A stretch of DNA of 64,000 nucleotides, from positions 1,945,554-2,009,553 of the forward strand of contig CAVZYM010000005.1 of the NCBI GenBank assembly GCA_963779495.1, given 5' to 3'. Source of the DNA: an uncultured Pseudomonadota bacterium. GTDB lineage: Bacteria > Myxococcota_A > Polyangia > Fen-1088. This document shows, one piece after another, positions 27,700-37,440 of the stretch (position 1 is its first letter; each line of letters opens with the position of its first letter). The notes beneath the pieces are model-generated. The model was not told where the DNA came from and searched no databases. It saw only the letters and a list, made by a program, of their open reading frames with translations. The position numbers were made by a program, and so were the translations under genes.

Positions 27700-28809
27700 A
27701 TGATGCGCCTCGTCGCCCAGCTCTATGCCACGGTCCCCAGCAACGTCGTCCGGCGGGATCCCACCTTTCTCGAGAAGATGAAGCGCGGGTTCGGGGGTCG
27801 GGTCGACCTCGAGACCGGGGAGGTCGAGAACCAGCTGGAGGCGACGGCCATCGTCGATGCGGTCCGGCGCGCGCTGGTGCGCCTGGGCGTCGGCAACGCG
27901 CTGTCGCTGGTCATCGACGACACCGTGATCTTCCAGGACACCGACGGCAAGGCAGACGACCTGCCCGATCTGGTCTCCGCCCTCACCGAGCACGCGTCTC
28001 TGTTCGGGAAGGACTTTCGCGAGCTGCGGTTCGCGGCCGAGCACGAGGAGGCGGGGCTGCACCTGGTGATCGAGGCGCGGGCACGCACGCGGCACCACCG
28101 CGACGAGGCGGCGGCGGCTATCTCGGTCGGCGGACGCCTGCGCGCGCTGGAGCCGCGGTCGGGTGAGTCGGCGGAGGCCTACAAGGCGCGGGTCGAGCCG
28201 CTGACCAAGGATCCGGCGCCGTTCGAGACGGCGCGGATGGCGTTCGATTCGTTCGTCGCGCGCCTCAAGGCGGCGTTCTCGGCGGTGATGCCCGAGGCGA
28301 CGCTCGCCGAGCGCGAGCCCGAGGCCCGCCTGGTCAAGGCGCCCGAACGCGGCGTCGCCGCGCCGGAGCGCGGGCCGCTGCAGCCGACGCACCCGGGGTA
28401 CGACCCGTTCCTGGTCTACTACCCCTCCCCGATGTCGACGGTGCTGGACGCGATGCTGTTCGCGTCGTTCATGCACATGATGCTGCCGCCGCCGTTTCTG
28501 ATCGTCAGCCCGATGGGGGCGCCGATCGGGACCGTCAGTGAGGTCCAGGCGCAGCCGGACCTCGCCTCGGACGCGAACGTCGAGGCGGCGGATCACGGTC
28601 ACGGCGGCCACGACCACGACCAGGGCGGCGGCGACACCGACGGCGATCAGGGCGGCGACCACGACGTCGGTGACGACGGCGGCGGTATGGAGGTCAGCGA
28701 CGACGGCGGTGGCTTTGACGACGGCGGCGGCGGCTGGGACGGCGGCGACAGCGGCGGCGGCGACTGGATTCGACCGCTCAGAACGACCAGAACCCGCCCG
28801 TCGAGATGA
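27700..28809 (+). CDS. hypothetical protein with His/Asp/Gly-rich acidic tail
   Basis: 369-aa ORF with a C-terminal HGHGGHDHDQGGGDTDGD...GGGDW low-complexity region. No family recognised. Confidence 0.55.
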   Translation: MMRLVAQLYATVPSNVVRRDPTFLEKMKRGFGGRVDLETGEVENQLEATAIVDAVRRALVRLGVGNALSLVIDDTVIFQDTDGKADDLPDLVSALTEHASLFGKDFRELRFAAEHEEAGLHLVIEARARTRHHRDEAAAAISVGGRLRALEPRSGESAEAYKARVEPLTKDPAPFETARMAFDSFVARLKAAFSAVMPEATLAEREPEARLVKAPERGVAAPERGPLQPTHPGYDPFLVYYPSPMSTVLDAMLFASFMHMMLPPPFLIVSPMGAPIGTVSEVQAQPDLASDANVEAADHGHGGHDHDQGGGDTDGDQGGDHDVGDDGGGMEVSDDGGGFDDGGGGWDGGDSGGGDWIRPLRTTRTRPSR

Positions 28810-29452
28810 TCAGCTGGTGATCGACGTAGTCGATCCGCCGGTCACTCGCGGGGGTGCCGTCGGTGGGGGTCACGACTGACCGGATGCCGGTGGCCGCGCG
28901 CTGGTAGCCGACCTCCACGAAGAGGCCCCAGGGCCCGATGAGCGCCGCGCAGCCGATCGTGCCGCCCGCGAACCAGCCGATGTGGTTATCGATCCGCTCG
29001 GAGACCGCGCGGCGCGCGGGTGGGGTGATGTTCGGGATGCTGACACCGACCGGAAGAGCGACGTAGAGCTCGATGATGAGGTCCCCGAAGTGGTCGCTGC
29101 GCATCGCCCGGAAGGTCGGCGCCACGCCCAGGTCGAACCGCTGCAAGCGGTAGCCCGCGTCGTTCGCCGCGCTCTGGTACCAGGCGAGGGAGCTGGCCGT
29201 CGCCGCCATAGCGAACTGGTCACCGAGGCGCCGTTCGTAGCGCGCGAAGAGGCCGAACTCGTTGGCGAACCCGCGCTGGTCACTCCCCTGCGGGGTTCCC
29301 GCATCATTCGCCCCCACGAGCCCACCCAATCCGATGCCCAGCGAGAGACGCGTGCGCGTCGGATCGGGAGGAGTTGCTAACTGTGCGGCGGCAGGGGTGG
29401 TCGCTCCCGCCACGATCAGGGCCGTCGCGAGGGTGATCGCGACGCGCCTCAA
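28778..29452 (-). CDS. outer-membrane beta-barrel protein (small porin-family-like)
   Basis: Signal peptide ending AAAQ, alternating beta-strand pattern, and C-terminal ...GGFWSF aromatic terminus. Confidence 0.65.
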   Translation of the reverse strand: MRRVAITLATALIVAGATTPAAAQLATPPDPTRTRLSLGIGLGGLVGANDAGTPQGSDQRGFANEFGLFARYERRLGDQFAMAATASSLAWYQSAANDAGYRLQRFDLGVAPTFRAMRSDHFGDLIIELYVALPVGVSIPNITPPARRAVSERIDNHIGWFAGGTIGCAALIGPWGLFVEVGYQRAATGIRSVVTPTDGTPASDRRIDYVDHQLIISTGGFWSF

Positions 29453-30489
29453 TTGACTGTCCCCGCGTCGGGGAACACGCCGCAGGCCACGTCGGGCAGC
29501 GCGACCTCGACGGGCTGCGCGGAGATCAGAGACGATCCGGCCGCGAACAGCCGCGCGCCCGCGCGCTCGATGAAGATGCCGTGCGGATCCAGGTGGTCGT
29601 GCACACTTTCGTCGACGGGGCTGTCGGCATCGACGTCTTCGACCGCGAGCCAGGTGAGCAGCGTGTCAGGGAGACCGGTGACGCGCGCGATCACGGCGTC
29701 GCAGGCAGGCTCCGTCGCGGCGTCCTCATAGCTGACGTCGGCCAGGTCCCACCAGACGCGATCGATCGGCATGATGATGCCGGGCGCAAGGCGCGTGCAC
29801 CGCTCGGGGACGAACGGTGCCGCCAGCACGGCAGCCGGCGCGGCTGCGATTGCCGCGCAGTTGAGCCCGCCGCTCGCCCGGTAGACGCGGACCTCCAGGT
29901 CGTCGAGCGTCATGTTCGCCAGGTAGGCCGAGGTCCGGAAGCCGGGGCGGCTCTTGCTCGTCGCCAGGCAGGCCGCGCTGGCCAGCGCGATCGCCAGCAG
30001 GCGGCGCCCGCGGGCGGCACGCGACGGCGTCGCCGCCGCCATCCAGTCACGCGCCACGCCCCAGGCGAGCGGCAGCACGACCAGCGCGATCAGGTCGGTC
30101 GGATCGCACCAGACGCGCCAATGGATCCCCAGCGCGCCGACGATCGCCACCGCGGCACGCGCCGCGGCCGGTGACAGCTTGATCGCCGCGAACGGGGCGA
30201 CGACCAGAGTGAACGCCAGCGCCCGCGCGCGACCGGTCCGCGCCCGCAGCACGGCGGCCGCGACGACGGGCGCAACGATCAGGCCGGCGAAGTCGCTCAG
30301 CTTGCCGGTGAGCCACCCCGGTAGCAGCCCGGCCCCCTTCAAGAGATGGTCGTTGAGGACCAGCAGCGCGAGGGCGACCCACCAGACGATCGGCGACCGC
30401 GACACGGATGCCAGTGTCGGCGCCGTCGTGTGCCGCGTAAGTCGCGATTCCGCGCGAATCGACTGCATCGTTAACCCGAGGGAGAGCAA
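29449..30489 (-). CDS. membrane protein with soluble Cys-containing C-terminal domain
   Basis: Four to five N-terminal hydrophobic spans. ATGA-type overlap with the downstream gene. No family recognised. Confidence 0.55.
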   Translation of the reverse strand: MLSLGLTMQSIRAESRLTRHTTAPTLASVSRSPIVWWVALALLVLNDHLLKGAGLLPGWLTGKLSDFAGLIVAPVVAAAVLRARTGRARALAFTLVVAPFAAIKLSPAAARAAVAIVGALGIHWRVWCDPTDLIALVVLPLAWGVARDWMAAATPSRAARGRRLLAIALASAACLATSKSRPGFRTSAYLANMTLDDLEVRVYRASGGLNCAAIAAAPAAVLAAPFVPERCTRLAPGIIMPIDRVWWDLADVSYEDAATEPACDAVIARVTGLPDTLLTWLAVEDVDADSPVDESVHDHLDPHGIFIERAGARLFAAGSSLISAQPVEVALPDVACGVFPDAGTVN

Positions 30490-30578
30490 GTCCGGTGCCG
30501 CAAGGATGCCCGATTGCCCGACGTTTGAGCGGCCGGAGACTGGCGGGTGAGGGGCGCTGTCCGACGTATGCTTTCCCG

Positions 30579-31019
30579 GTGAGCAAGGCCTTCACCAAGG
30601 ACGATCGCCCCGACGAGCCGGTGGTCGTCCGCCACCGCCCGTCCGTGCCCGACGGTGTGCCCAACTACGTGACCGCACGCTGGCTGGCGGCGCTGCGGGC
30701 CGAGCTCGCGGCCGCCGAGCCCGGCGCGCGTCGTTCCGAGCTGGAGCAGCGCATCGCCGCCGCCGTGGTCGCGCCGCTGCCGACCGATCGCGACGAGATC
30801 CGCTTCGGGGCTCGCGTCAAGCTGCGGGCGCGCGACGGTCAGCTGCGGGAGGTGCAGCTGGTGGGCGTCGACGAGGCGGACCCGGCCAACGGCCTCATCG
30901 CCTTCGTGGCGCCGCTGGCCCGCGCCCTGCTTGGACGCCGCGTCGGCGACGAGGCGATCGTCAGGGCGCCGGGCGGGGCCGAGGAGCTGGAGATCCTGTC
31001 GCTCGACTACGACGAGTAG
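30579..31019 (+). CDS. GreA/GreB-family transcription elongation factor-like protein
   Basis: VSKAFTKDD N-terminus and a C-terminal ...VSPLARALLGRRVGDEAIVRAPGG..EL.I GreA_GreB_C-like signature. GTG start. Confidence 0.7.
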   Translation: MSKAFTKDDRPDEPVVVRHRPSVPDGVPNYVTARWLAALRAELAAAEPGARRSELEQRIAAAVVAPLPTDRDEIRFGARVKLRARDGQLREVQLVGVDEADPANGLIAFVAPLARALLGRRVGDEAIVRAPGGAEELEILSLDYDE

Positions 31020-31036
31020 TGGGCTCCCGTCTGGAG

Positions 31037-31165
31037 TTACTTCTTCTTCGAGGCCACCACCTGCTTGGCGGCCACCGCAGCCTGCTTCTTGCGGTTGTCC
31101 TCGTTGGTCTTGCTCTGCTTCTGATCGGCCTGCTTGCGCATCGACTTAGGAGACTTGTCACCCAT
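31037..31165 (-). CDS. small Lys-rich basic protein (42 aa)
   Basis: MGDKSPKSMRKQADQKQSKTNEDNRKKQAAVAAKQVVASKKK. No obvious SD sequence, so the call is tentative. Confidence 0.4.
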   Translation of the reverse strand: MGDKSPKSMRKQADQKQSKTNEDNRKKQAAVAAKQVVASKKK

Positions 31166-31255
31166 GGTCCGGTCATCATGCGCTACGCGGCGCCGAAGAC
31201 GAGCTAATCCGTCGTCGCCGCTCACGATCAATACTAGGGGTCGGCCAGGATCGAT

Positions 31256-32062
31256 ATGCCCCTCACCGGTTCAGAATTGCGCGAGCTCGCGTTCCGTGAG
31301 AACGCGCGCCCGGGCGGATCGCCCCGTCGCTACGTCGAGCTTCTGACTCAGGCGGTGCAGGCCGGACACGTAGAGGCGATGTCGGATATCGCGGTCCTCC
31401 AGATGGAGGGCTATCGCGACCAGCGCGGGCGGGTCCTGGTCCGCGCCAATCCGAAGGCAGCGGTGCGCGCGTGGCTTCAGGTCGCCGCGGCCGGTGGCAC
31501 GTCGGCGGACAAATCCCTCGGCTACTGTTTCGACGTCGGTTTCGGCGTGCGGCGGAACATCCGCCTTGCGATGAAGTGGTACCGCCGGGCCTGGCGGCGC
31601 AGAGACCCCACCGCGGCGGCCAACATCGCGACCATCTACCGCGATCGTGGCCAACCGGCGTTGGCGGTGTCGTGGTGGAAGCGCGCCGCCGAGGCGGGAC
31701 TTCCGGAAGAAGCGGTACAAGTGGGCTACGGCTACCAGTACGGAATGGGCGTTCGCCGAAACCTTTCGAAAGCCGTCCAGTGGTACCGGCTGGCTATCCG
31801 CGCTCGCGCCATCCTCGAGCACGAGCGCGAAGCAGCGATGTACCATCTCGCGGTCTTGCATCTGGATAGCCAACCGCCGAGCCGGGCGAAAGCGGTGGCG
31901 CTCCTGAAACGGGCATCGAAGGACGACGACTACCCGGAAGCGATGGCCTTGCTCGGACAGCTCCAGAAAGGACGTCGGCTGGTCCCCTGCCGATGTCAGC
32001 GTGGCTTGCTCAAGAGACTTCGAGGTCACGCGCGATGCGCGATCCACAAGAGGAGGCAGTGA
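31256..32062 (+). CDS. Sel1-repeat (TPR-like) protein
   Basis: Repeated G.GV.RN...A..WYR.AA units. Confidence 0.75.
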   Translation: MPLTGSELRELAFRENARPGGSPRRYVELLTQAVQAGHVEAMSDIAVLQMEGYRDQRGRVLVRANPKAAVRAWLQVAAAGGTSADKSLGYCFDVGFGVRRNIRLAMKWYRRAWRRRDPTAAANIATIYRDRGQPALAVSWWKRAAEAGLPEEAVQVGYGYQYGMGVRRNLSKAVQWYRLAIRARAILEHEREAAMYHLAVLHLDSQPPSRAKAVALLKRASKDDDYPEAMALLGQLQKGRRLVPCRCQRGLLKRLRGHARCAIHKRRQ

Positions 32063-32451
32063 TGGCCCGTGTGACAGGAATCGGCGGTGTGTTCTTCAAG
32101 TCGACGTCGGACCACAAGCGCCTCGCCGCTTGGTACAGGGACAATTTGGGCCTGGCGCTCGAAGAGTGGGGGGGCGCGATCCTGAAGTGGCCAGAGGACC
32201 AGGCGGAGGACCGCGGCCTCACCGTCTGGCACGTCGCCGAGCGCGAATCGAAGTGGTTCAGCCCGAGCACGTCCAGCTTCATGATCAACTACCGGGTCGA
32301 CGACCTGACCGCGCTGCTCGCGCAGCTCAAGAGCAACGGCGTCGAGATCGTCAAGGGGCCCGAGTCCGAGGAGAACGGCAAGTTCGCCTGGATCATGGAT
32401 CCCGACGGCAACAAGGTCGAGCTGTGGGAGCCGATCCAGATCAGCCAGTGA
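32062..32451 (+). CDS. VOC family protein
   Basis: AGGAGG upstream and a TGATG overlap with the Sel1 gene. Has GIGGVFFKS...AWIMDPDGNKVELWEP. Confidence 0.75.
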   Translation: MARVTGIGGVFFKSTSDHKRLAAWYRDNLGLALEEWGGAILKWPEDQAEDRGLTVWHVAERESKWFSPSTSSFMINYRVDDLTALLAQLKSNGVEIVKGPESEENGKFAWIMDPDGNKVELWEPIQISQ

Positions 32452-32463
32452 GCGCCAGTCGTC

Positions 32464-32862
32464 ATGCTTCATCCTTGGAACGCCCAGCACGCCGAGATTG
32501 AAGCGTGGGCGCGTCAGGCGGACGCCGACGAGCCGACCGAGGACTGGGACCTCGCCGTCACGGAGGAGGTCAACGCGGCGCTGATATTTCGCCTGGCGTC
32601 GGACGATACGTGTCCGAACCATTGGTTCTTCCTGAGGTGTCTGTACCTGTTCGTGGGAGACGCGGTGCGCACCGACTTTCAAGGTCACTCTCGCGCGTGC
32701 ATCGATGGTCTCCTGGCCGCGGTCTCGGAGGGGGCGCCTCCGCGGATCGTTCGATGGGCGGAGCGCGCGCGAGCGCTCATTCAAAGCGGGACGACGAAGG
32801 TCGACTACGACGACTGGTGCTGCGGGCGTCTCGCGAGCATCGAGCGACTGGCAGCTGGCTGA
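32464..32862 (+). CDS. hypothetical small protein (immunity-protein-like size and context)
   Basis: 132-aa ORF with balanced composition. No family recognised. Confidence 0.5.
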   Translation: MLHPWNAQHAEIEAWARQADADEPTEDWDLAVTEEVNAALIFRLASDDTCPNHWFFLRCLYLFVGDAVRTDFQGHSRACIDGLLAAVSEGAPPRIVRWAERARALIQSGTTKVDYDDWCCGRLASIERLAAG

Positions 32863-33026
32863 AGGAGACGTGTTCCAGAAGGAATCGCCCGAGGGGTGCA
32901 ACCACTGGTGGCACCGCGATCTCCTCCGCAAGTTCGGCAGGAAGCCGCGGCGTTAGCCGGAGTGGTGATTGTCTCGGTCGGTCGCGCTTGTCCGGAACTA
33001 CCCACCTCTGACGGTGTCTGCGCCTC

Positions 33027-33591
33027 GTGACCTGGTACCTGCTCCTTGGGCTTCTGGTGCTCGACGACGGCTCGATGCCGAAGAGCGCCGAACCCGAAGG
33101 CTCTCCGGATCATCTCGTCACAAAGCTGACGCCCGAGGGCCGGTGGTGTGGGCGCCGGGCTCAGGTTCGAATGACGGTCACGAACCGGTCCGACGCGACG
33201 ATCTCGGTTGGGTCTCGGGAAGCCATCCCTCGGGCCGATTGAATGGATGTCCCACGCCTTCTCCTACTCCGACCGCGACTCCACCGACGGCATGAGTCTC
33301 CAGGCCACCACCGCCCTCAGCTGCGGTGGCGATCCGCTCGCCTTCATCAGGAGCAGCGAAGCGACGAAACTGCCACCAGGTGGTTCACTTACGTGGAGGG
33401 TTCGTCTGGAACCTCTCTCCCTGCGCGCTGGGAGAGCCGAAGTCGAGGTGTGGGGACAATTCGAATGGACGCAGGACCTTCGGTCCGACGCGCTTCAGAC
33501 GACCTACCTCCGGGTGGAAACGCCGATCGTCTTGAGTCGCGATGGCCGCTGTTTCAGAGTGCGGAGGTGGTCAACCAACCATGAGCCGTGA
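33027..33591 (+). pseudogene. secreted hypothetical protein split by a frameshift near 33205-33212 (or sequencing indel)
   Basis: ORF 33027..33242 (signal peptide ...VTNRSDATISV) continues naturally in ORF 33208..33591 (GLGKPSLGPIEWMSH...). The switch falls at a GGG run. Confidence 0.5.
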
Positions 33592-33597
33592 GCGGAA

Positions 33598-33885
33598 TTG
33601 CAGCGGCCAGGCCGAACCCGCACACTGGTGATCATGGGCGAGGGACTCGACATATTCGGTGTGGTGTTCTTCAGCGCCGTCGCGATCGTCATTGTCGTTC
33701 GCGGGATTCGTCGGGGTGATGACCCGAAGCAGATCCGGTTAAGAGCGTGCTTTGCCCTCTTGTTTGCCTTGGTGGCCCTGCGCGGTCTGCTTCCTGTTCA
33801 CTCGTGGCGCGTGAGCGGCCTCTATATCGCGGGGCTGCTCGCCCTGGGCGTTACGGCGCTCTGGAAGGGCCGGGTGAAGAGGTGA
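33598..33885 (+). CDS. small membrane protein
   Basis: Three hydrophobic spans. The true start may be ATG 33634. Confidence 0.45.
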   Translation: MQRPGRTRTLVIMGEGLDIFGVVFFSAVAIVIVVRGIRRGDDPKQIRLRACFALLFALVALRGLLPVHSWRVSGLYIAGLLALGVTALWKGRVKR

Positions 33886-33888
33886 CCG

Positions 33889-34083
33889 ATGGAAGAGAGT
33901 GACTTCGAAGGGACGCTGGTTCTGGAGCAGCTCGCCGCCATCGGGAAGGTGGACGACTTCTTCGAGGCCATCGACGCCGACGACACGCAGAGGGCGGCGG
34001 CGCTGATGAGGCGGGCGGACGTCGATGCGGCCACCATCGCGACGGTCATCAGGAAGATGGAGGAGGGTGATGCGGAGCATTGA
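33889..34083 (+). CDS. small acidic hypothetical protein (64 aa)
   Basis: Packed 3 nt after the preceding ORF. Overlaps the start of the HAD gene. Confidence 0.4.
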   Translation: MEESDFEGTLVLEQLAAIGKVDDFFEAIDADDTQRAAALMRRADVDAATIATVIRKMEEGDAEH

Positions 34084-34789
34084 TGGCGCTTCGCTCATCA
34101 TCTTCGACTGCGACGGAACCCTGGTCGACAGCGAACCGATCTGGCACGAGGTCCTGGTAGAGGCGGTCGGAGAGCACGGACTGGTTCTGTCCGTCGAGGA
34201 GGCGATCACTGCGTTTCGCGGCGGCAAGATGGCCGACTGTGTCGCGCAGCTCGAGGTGCGCCTGGGCCGGCGCCTGCCAGACGACTTCGTGCCCGCCTTT
34301 CGCGCGCGCGCGTCGGACGCCTTTCGGACGAGGCTGCGACCGATGGCAGGCGCGCTGGAGGTGATTCGGTGGCTGGCCGAGCGGTCCTGGCCGATCTGTG
34401 TGGCCACCAGCGGCCCCCCCGAGAAGGTCGGGCTCAGTCTCTCTTTGACCGGACTCGCGCCGTTCTTCGAAGGGCGCGTCTTCAGCAGCTACGAGGTCGG
34501 CGTCTGGAAGCCGGACCCCGGCCTCTTCCTCCACGCCGCGAAGGTCATGGGGTTTCGTCCTGCGGACTGCGCCGTCGTCGAGGACAGTCTCCCCGGGATA
34601 CAGGCGGGGCTGGCGGCCGGCATGGCCGTCTTCGCGTTCCAGCCGCACGCCGTGGAGCCGGCTCTCCCCGCTGAAGTGACCGTGCTGCGAGAGCTACGGG
34701 AGCTTGGCCGGCTGCTCGGGAGCCGCGCTGCCGAACCGGCAGTTGCAGATGAACGTGGTCCTGGCGCACGCGTCGAACCCATCAGCTGA
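34070..34789 (+). CDS. HAD-superfamily hydrolase (subfamily IA-like)
   Basis: Motif I IIFDCDGTLVDSE, motif II ATSG, and motif IV VEDSLPGIQAG. Confidence 0.8.
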   Translation: MRSIDGASLIIFDCDGTLVDSEPIWHEVLVEAVGEHGLVLSVEEAITAFRGGKMADCVAQLEVRLGRRLPDDFVPAFRARASDAFRTRLRPMAGALEVIRWLAERSWPICVATSGPPEKVGLSLSLTGLAPFFEGRVFSSYEVGVWKPDPGLFLHAAKVMGFRPADCAVVEDSLPGIQAGLAAGMAVFAFQPHAVEPALPAEVTVLRELRELGRLLGSRAAEPAVADERGPGARVEPIS

Positions 34790-35519
34790 ACACGAGATAG
34801 TCGGACGGGAGCCTGGGTTGGAAACGACCATCGTTCTGACGAAGAGAGCCGAGGCGGGCGACCGTGACGCGCAGTTCAGGCTGGGCTATCGGTTCGCCTT
34901 CCATCGCGATCAACGGCGACGAGACTGGTCGAAGGCGTTCGCGCTCTGGCGGCTTGCCGCCGACGCAGGACACGTTCGCGCGCGGTTCTACCTCGGCACC
35001 TGCTTCGATTTCGGTCGGGGCACCGGTTCGGATGCGAGTCGGGCCATGCGGTGGTACCGATCCGCCGCGGCCGCGGGGCACCCGGAGGCTGCGTACAATC
35101 TCGCGATGGGGTTGCGGGACGGTGTTGGCGTCAGAATAGACCTGCGCGCCGCCGCACGCTGGTTTCGCGCCGCGGCCACACGCGGCGACGCCGACGCGCA
35201 GAGCGACTTTGGATACTGCCTTCACGAAGGCCGCGGAGTTCGTCGCGATCGGCCAGCCGCGGCACGATGGTATCGCCGAGCCGCGCGAGCGGGTGTGGTC
35301 CGGGCGCAGTTCAACCTCGGACTCTGTTATCGCGACGGCGATGGGGTTGCCCGCAGCAACCGAAACGCGCGGTACTGGTTCGCGAAGGCCGCGCGACATC
35401 GACACGCGAAGGCCAGAGAGATGCTCGAGGGCCTTGGGGGTCACGCTCGTCAAGGAGGGCGTGAAGGGGCTGGTCGACGAGATGCCGCCCGTCGAGCTGC
35501 AACGAGGTCTCTAGGATGA
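34749..35519 (+). CDS. Sel1-repeat protein
   Basis: At least five repeats of A...WYR.AA..G...A...LG.CY..G.GV. Confidence 0.75.
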   Translation: MNVVLAHASNPSAEHEIVGREPGLETTIVLTKRAEAGDRDAQFRLGYRFAFHRDQRRRDWSKAFALWRLAADAGHVRARFYLGTCFDFGRGTGSDASRAMRWYRSAAAAGHPEAAYNLAMGLRDGVGVRIDLRAAARWFRAAATRGDADAQSDFGYCLHEGRGVRRDRPAAARWYRRAARAGVVRAQFNLGLCYRDGDGVARSNRNARYWFAKAARHRHAKAREMLEGLGGHARQGGREGAGRRDAARRAATRSLG

Positions 35520-35968
35520 AGGGTCGACGCGTAGAGGGGTTGTTTTTCGCGGTCGCCAGTCTGGTGGCGTCAGTCGCCTCCGGGTTCACCAGGCCACTTC
35601 TTGGGATCTCGTTTGGCTTCACCGCCGCTGCCGCTTTGGCGCTGAATGGATTGCGCGGGACGTTCGCCAGCATTCGCATTCGCCCCGTCGATGCTGACGA
35701 TCCTGTGTCTCCCGCTGCCATCGCTCGTACGGTCGAGAAGATGATTCGAGGACACATCATCTTCACTTGCATCATGTCGATCGCCTACGCGGTCGTCGCG
35801 ATCTGCGCCGATGAACGAGGGATCAAGATCTTCGCGGCCAGCTTCTCGCTCGCGACAGCCGCGGCCGGGCCGCTCACCTCGATTCGCCGGCGACCGGCAC
35901 TCTGGGCCGCTACGTGTGCCGTCACGGTGGGGTTGCTCGTCTGGGGTCTTCAGAGGGCTCGCGTCTAA
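35516..35968 (+). CDS. membrane protein
   Basis: Four hydrophobic spans. ATGA-type overlap with the Sel1 gene stop. Confidence 0.5.
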   Translation: MKGRRVEGLFFAVASLVASVASGFTRPLLGISFGFTAAAALALNGLRGTFASIRIRPVDADDPVSPAAIARTVEKMIRGHIIFTCIMSIAYAVVAICADERGIKIFAASFSLATAAAGPLTSIRRRPALWAATCAVTVGLLVWGLQRARV

Positions 35969-36070
35969 CCGTTCGCCAAACAATGCAGAGGAACTGCTGG
36001 TGGCGACGACGTAGAGTAAGGGGGACCGGTCGAGATAAAACCGGGCTGGGAGCGTCCCCTCCGTCGAGCC

Positions 36071-37042
36071 ATGGAACCCAGCGATCTCCTAAAGCGTAAG
36101 AGTGAGAAGCTGGCCAAGGCCGGCTACCAGCACCTGAAGGACGGGGATACCGAGGCTGCTCTGAAGGTCGCGGCGGAGCTCGAGGGGCTGCGGTTCACGG
36201 CCGCCTTCGAGATCGCGGCGCTCGCGCACGGTCAGCTGGGAGAGCTGGAAGCCGCGGTCGTCGTCCTGAGGCGCGGCCTGGAGATGGCTCCGAACGTGTG
36301 GCTCAACTGGCAGCTCCTCGGGAACTACCTTTCCGACCTCGGGGACTACGACGAGGCGGGGTCGGCGTATGAGAAGGCGATGGAGTGTCCGGACGTTTAC
36401 GAGTCGTCCGTTCGCCTCAATCAGGCGATCCTGGCGTCGCGACGGGGGCTGCATGATCAAGCCCTGTCGTATGCCGATCAGGTCACGGATCCTGAGCTCG
36501 CGCTTCGGGCGGCCTCGACACGCGTCGCTACGCTGGTCGGCGCAGGGCGATTCGACGAAGCGCTGCGCATTGGGGAAGCCCTCCTCGACGACACCGTCGA
36601 CTCCGACGAACTGGAGGAGCTCGGCCACCTGGCGGCGTCCGTCGGCCGCGCCCGCCTGGCCCGGGGCACGCCGGCCCCGGAGGTCGTCACCTTCGCGATC
36701 GACGCTCTCGACGAATACGACCAGAGCAATGCTCAGCTTCTCGCGCTGATTCGCGACGCGGACAATCAGTACTCCCCGCTCGCCAAGTACTATCGGATGA
36801 CCGTCGACGCGAAGATCCCTTTCACCGATCCCATGGCCCGGATGGGCGAGGGCTACGTCGTCAACTACGACGTCGTCGCCGATTCGGTCGAACAGGCGCT
36901 CACCTTCATCGAGCGGATGGAGGCGCCCGCCGTTCGCGGCCTGCTTCTGGTCGGCGAGCACCAAGCCCTCGAGGATCGTCCTGACGACCCCAAGGGCGTG
37001 TATCAGCGCACCGCGCGGTACTACTACGAGCGGGACGACTAG
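36071..37042 (+). CDS. TPR-repeat protein with unassigned C-terminal domain
   Basis: TPR-like helices (LGNYLSDLGDYDEAGSAYEKAME...). Confidence 0.65.
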   Translation: MEPSDLLKRKSEKLAKAGYQHLKDGDTEAALKVAAELEGLRFTAAFEIAALAHGQLGELEAAVVVLRRGLEMAPNVWLNWQLLGNYLSDLGDYDEAGSAYEKAMECPDVYESSVRLNQAILASRRGLHDQALSYADQVTDPELALRAASTRVATLVGAGRFDEALRIGEALLDDTVDSDELEELGHLAASVGRARLARGTPAPEVVTFAIDALDEYDQSNAQLLALIRDADNQYSPLAKYYRMTVDAKIPFTDPMARMGEGYVVNYDVVADSVEQALTFIERMEAPAVRGLLLVGEHQALEDRPDDPKGVYQRTARYYYERDD

Positions 37043-37047
37043 CGCGC

Positions 37048-37440
37048 CTAACCCCAGGTGAGCTTGGTGAGCTGGATCAGGTTGCCGCAGGTGTCGTCCA
37101 GCATGGCGATGACCGAGCCGGTGGTGGGGGTGACGGGCATGGTGAACTTCACGCCCTTGGCGACCAGCCGATCGTGCTCGGCCTGCACGTCCCCCACCAG
37201 GAACTGGGCCGCCGGCTGGCTCTGGCTGCGCAGGGCTTCCTGGTAGGCCTTGCCGGCGGGGTTGGCGTTGGATTGCAGGATCAGCTCGACGCCGTCCGGG
37301 TCCTCCGCCGAGGTGACCGTGAGCCAGCGGAAGCTCCCTTGCGAGAAATCGGCCTTCTTCTGGAAGCCGAGGTTATCCGTGTAGAACCGAAGCGCCTTTT
37401 CCTGATCGTCCACGTACAGGGTGGTCCACTTGATCCGCAT
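37048..37440 (-). CDS. VOC family protein
   Basis: LYVDDQEKALRFYTDNLGF...MLDDTCGNLIQL. Confidence 0.75.
   Translation of the reverse strand: MRIKWTTLYVDDQEKALRFYTDNLGFQKKADFSQGSFRWLTVTSAEDPDGVELILQSNANPAGKAYQEALRSQSQPAAQFLVGDVQAEHDRLVAKGVKFTMPVTPTTGSVIAMLDDTCGNLIQLTKLTWG

Noticed and set aside
33150-33185. tRNA-like GGTTCGAAT T-loop motif
   Set aside because: No flanking T-stem, acceptor or anticodon arms could be paired. The motif lies inside a coding frame.
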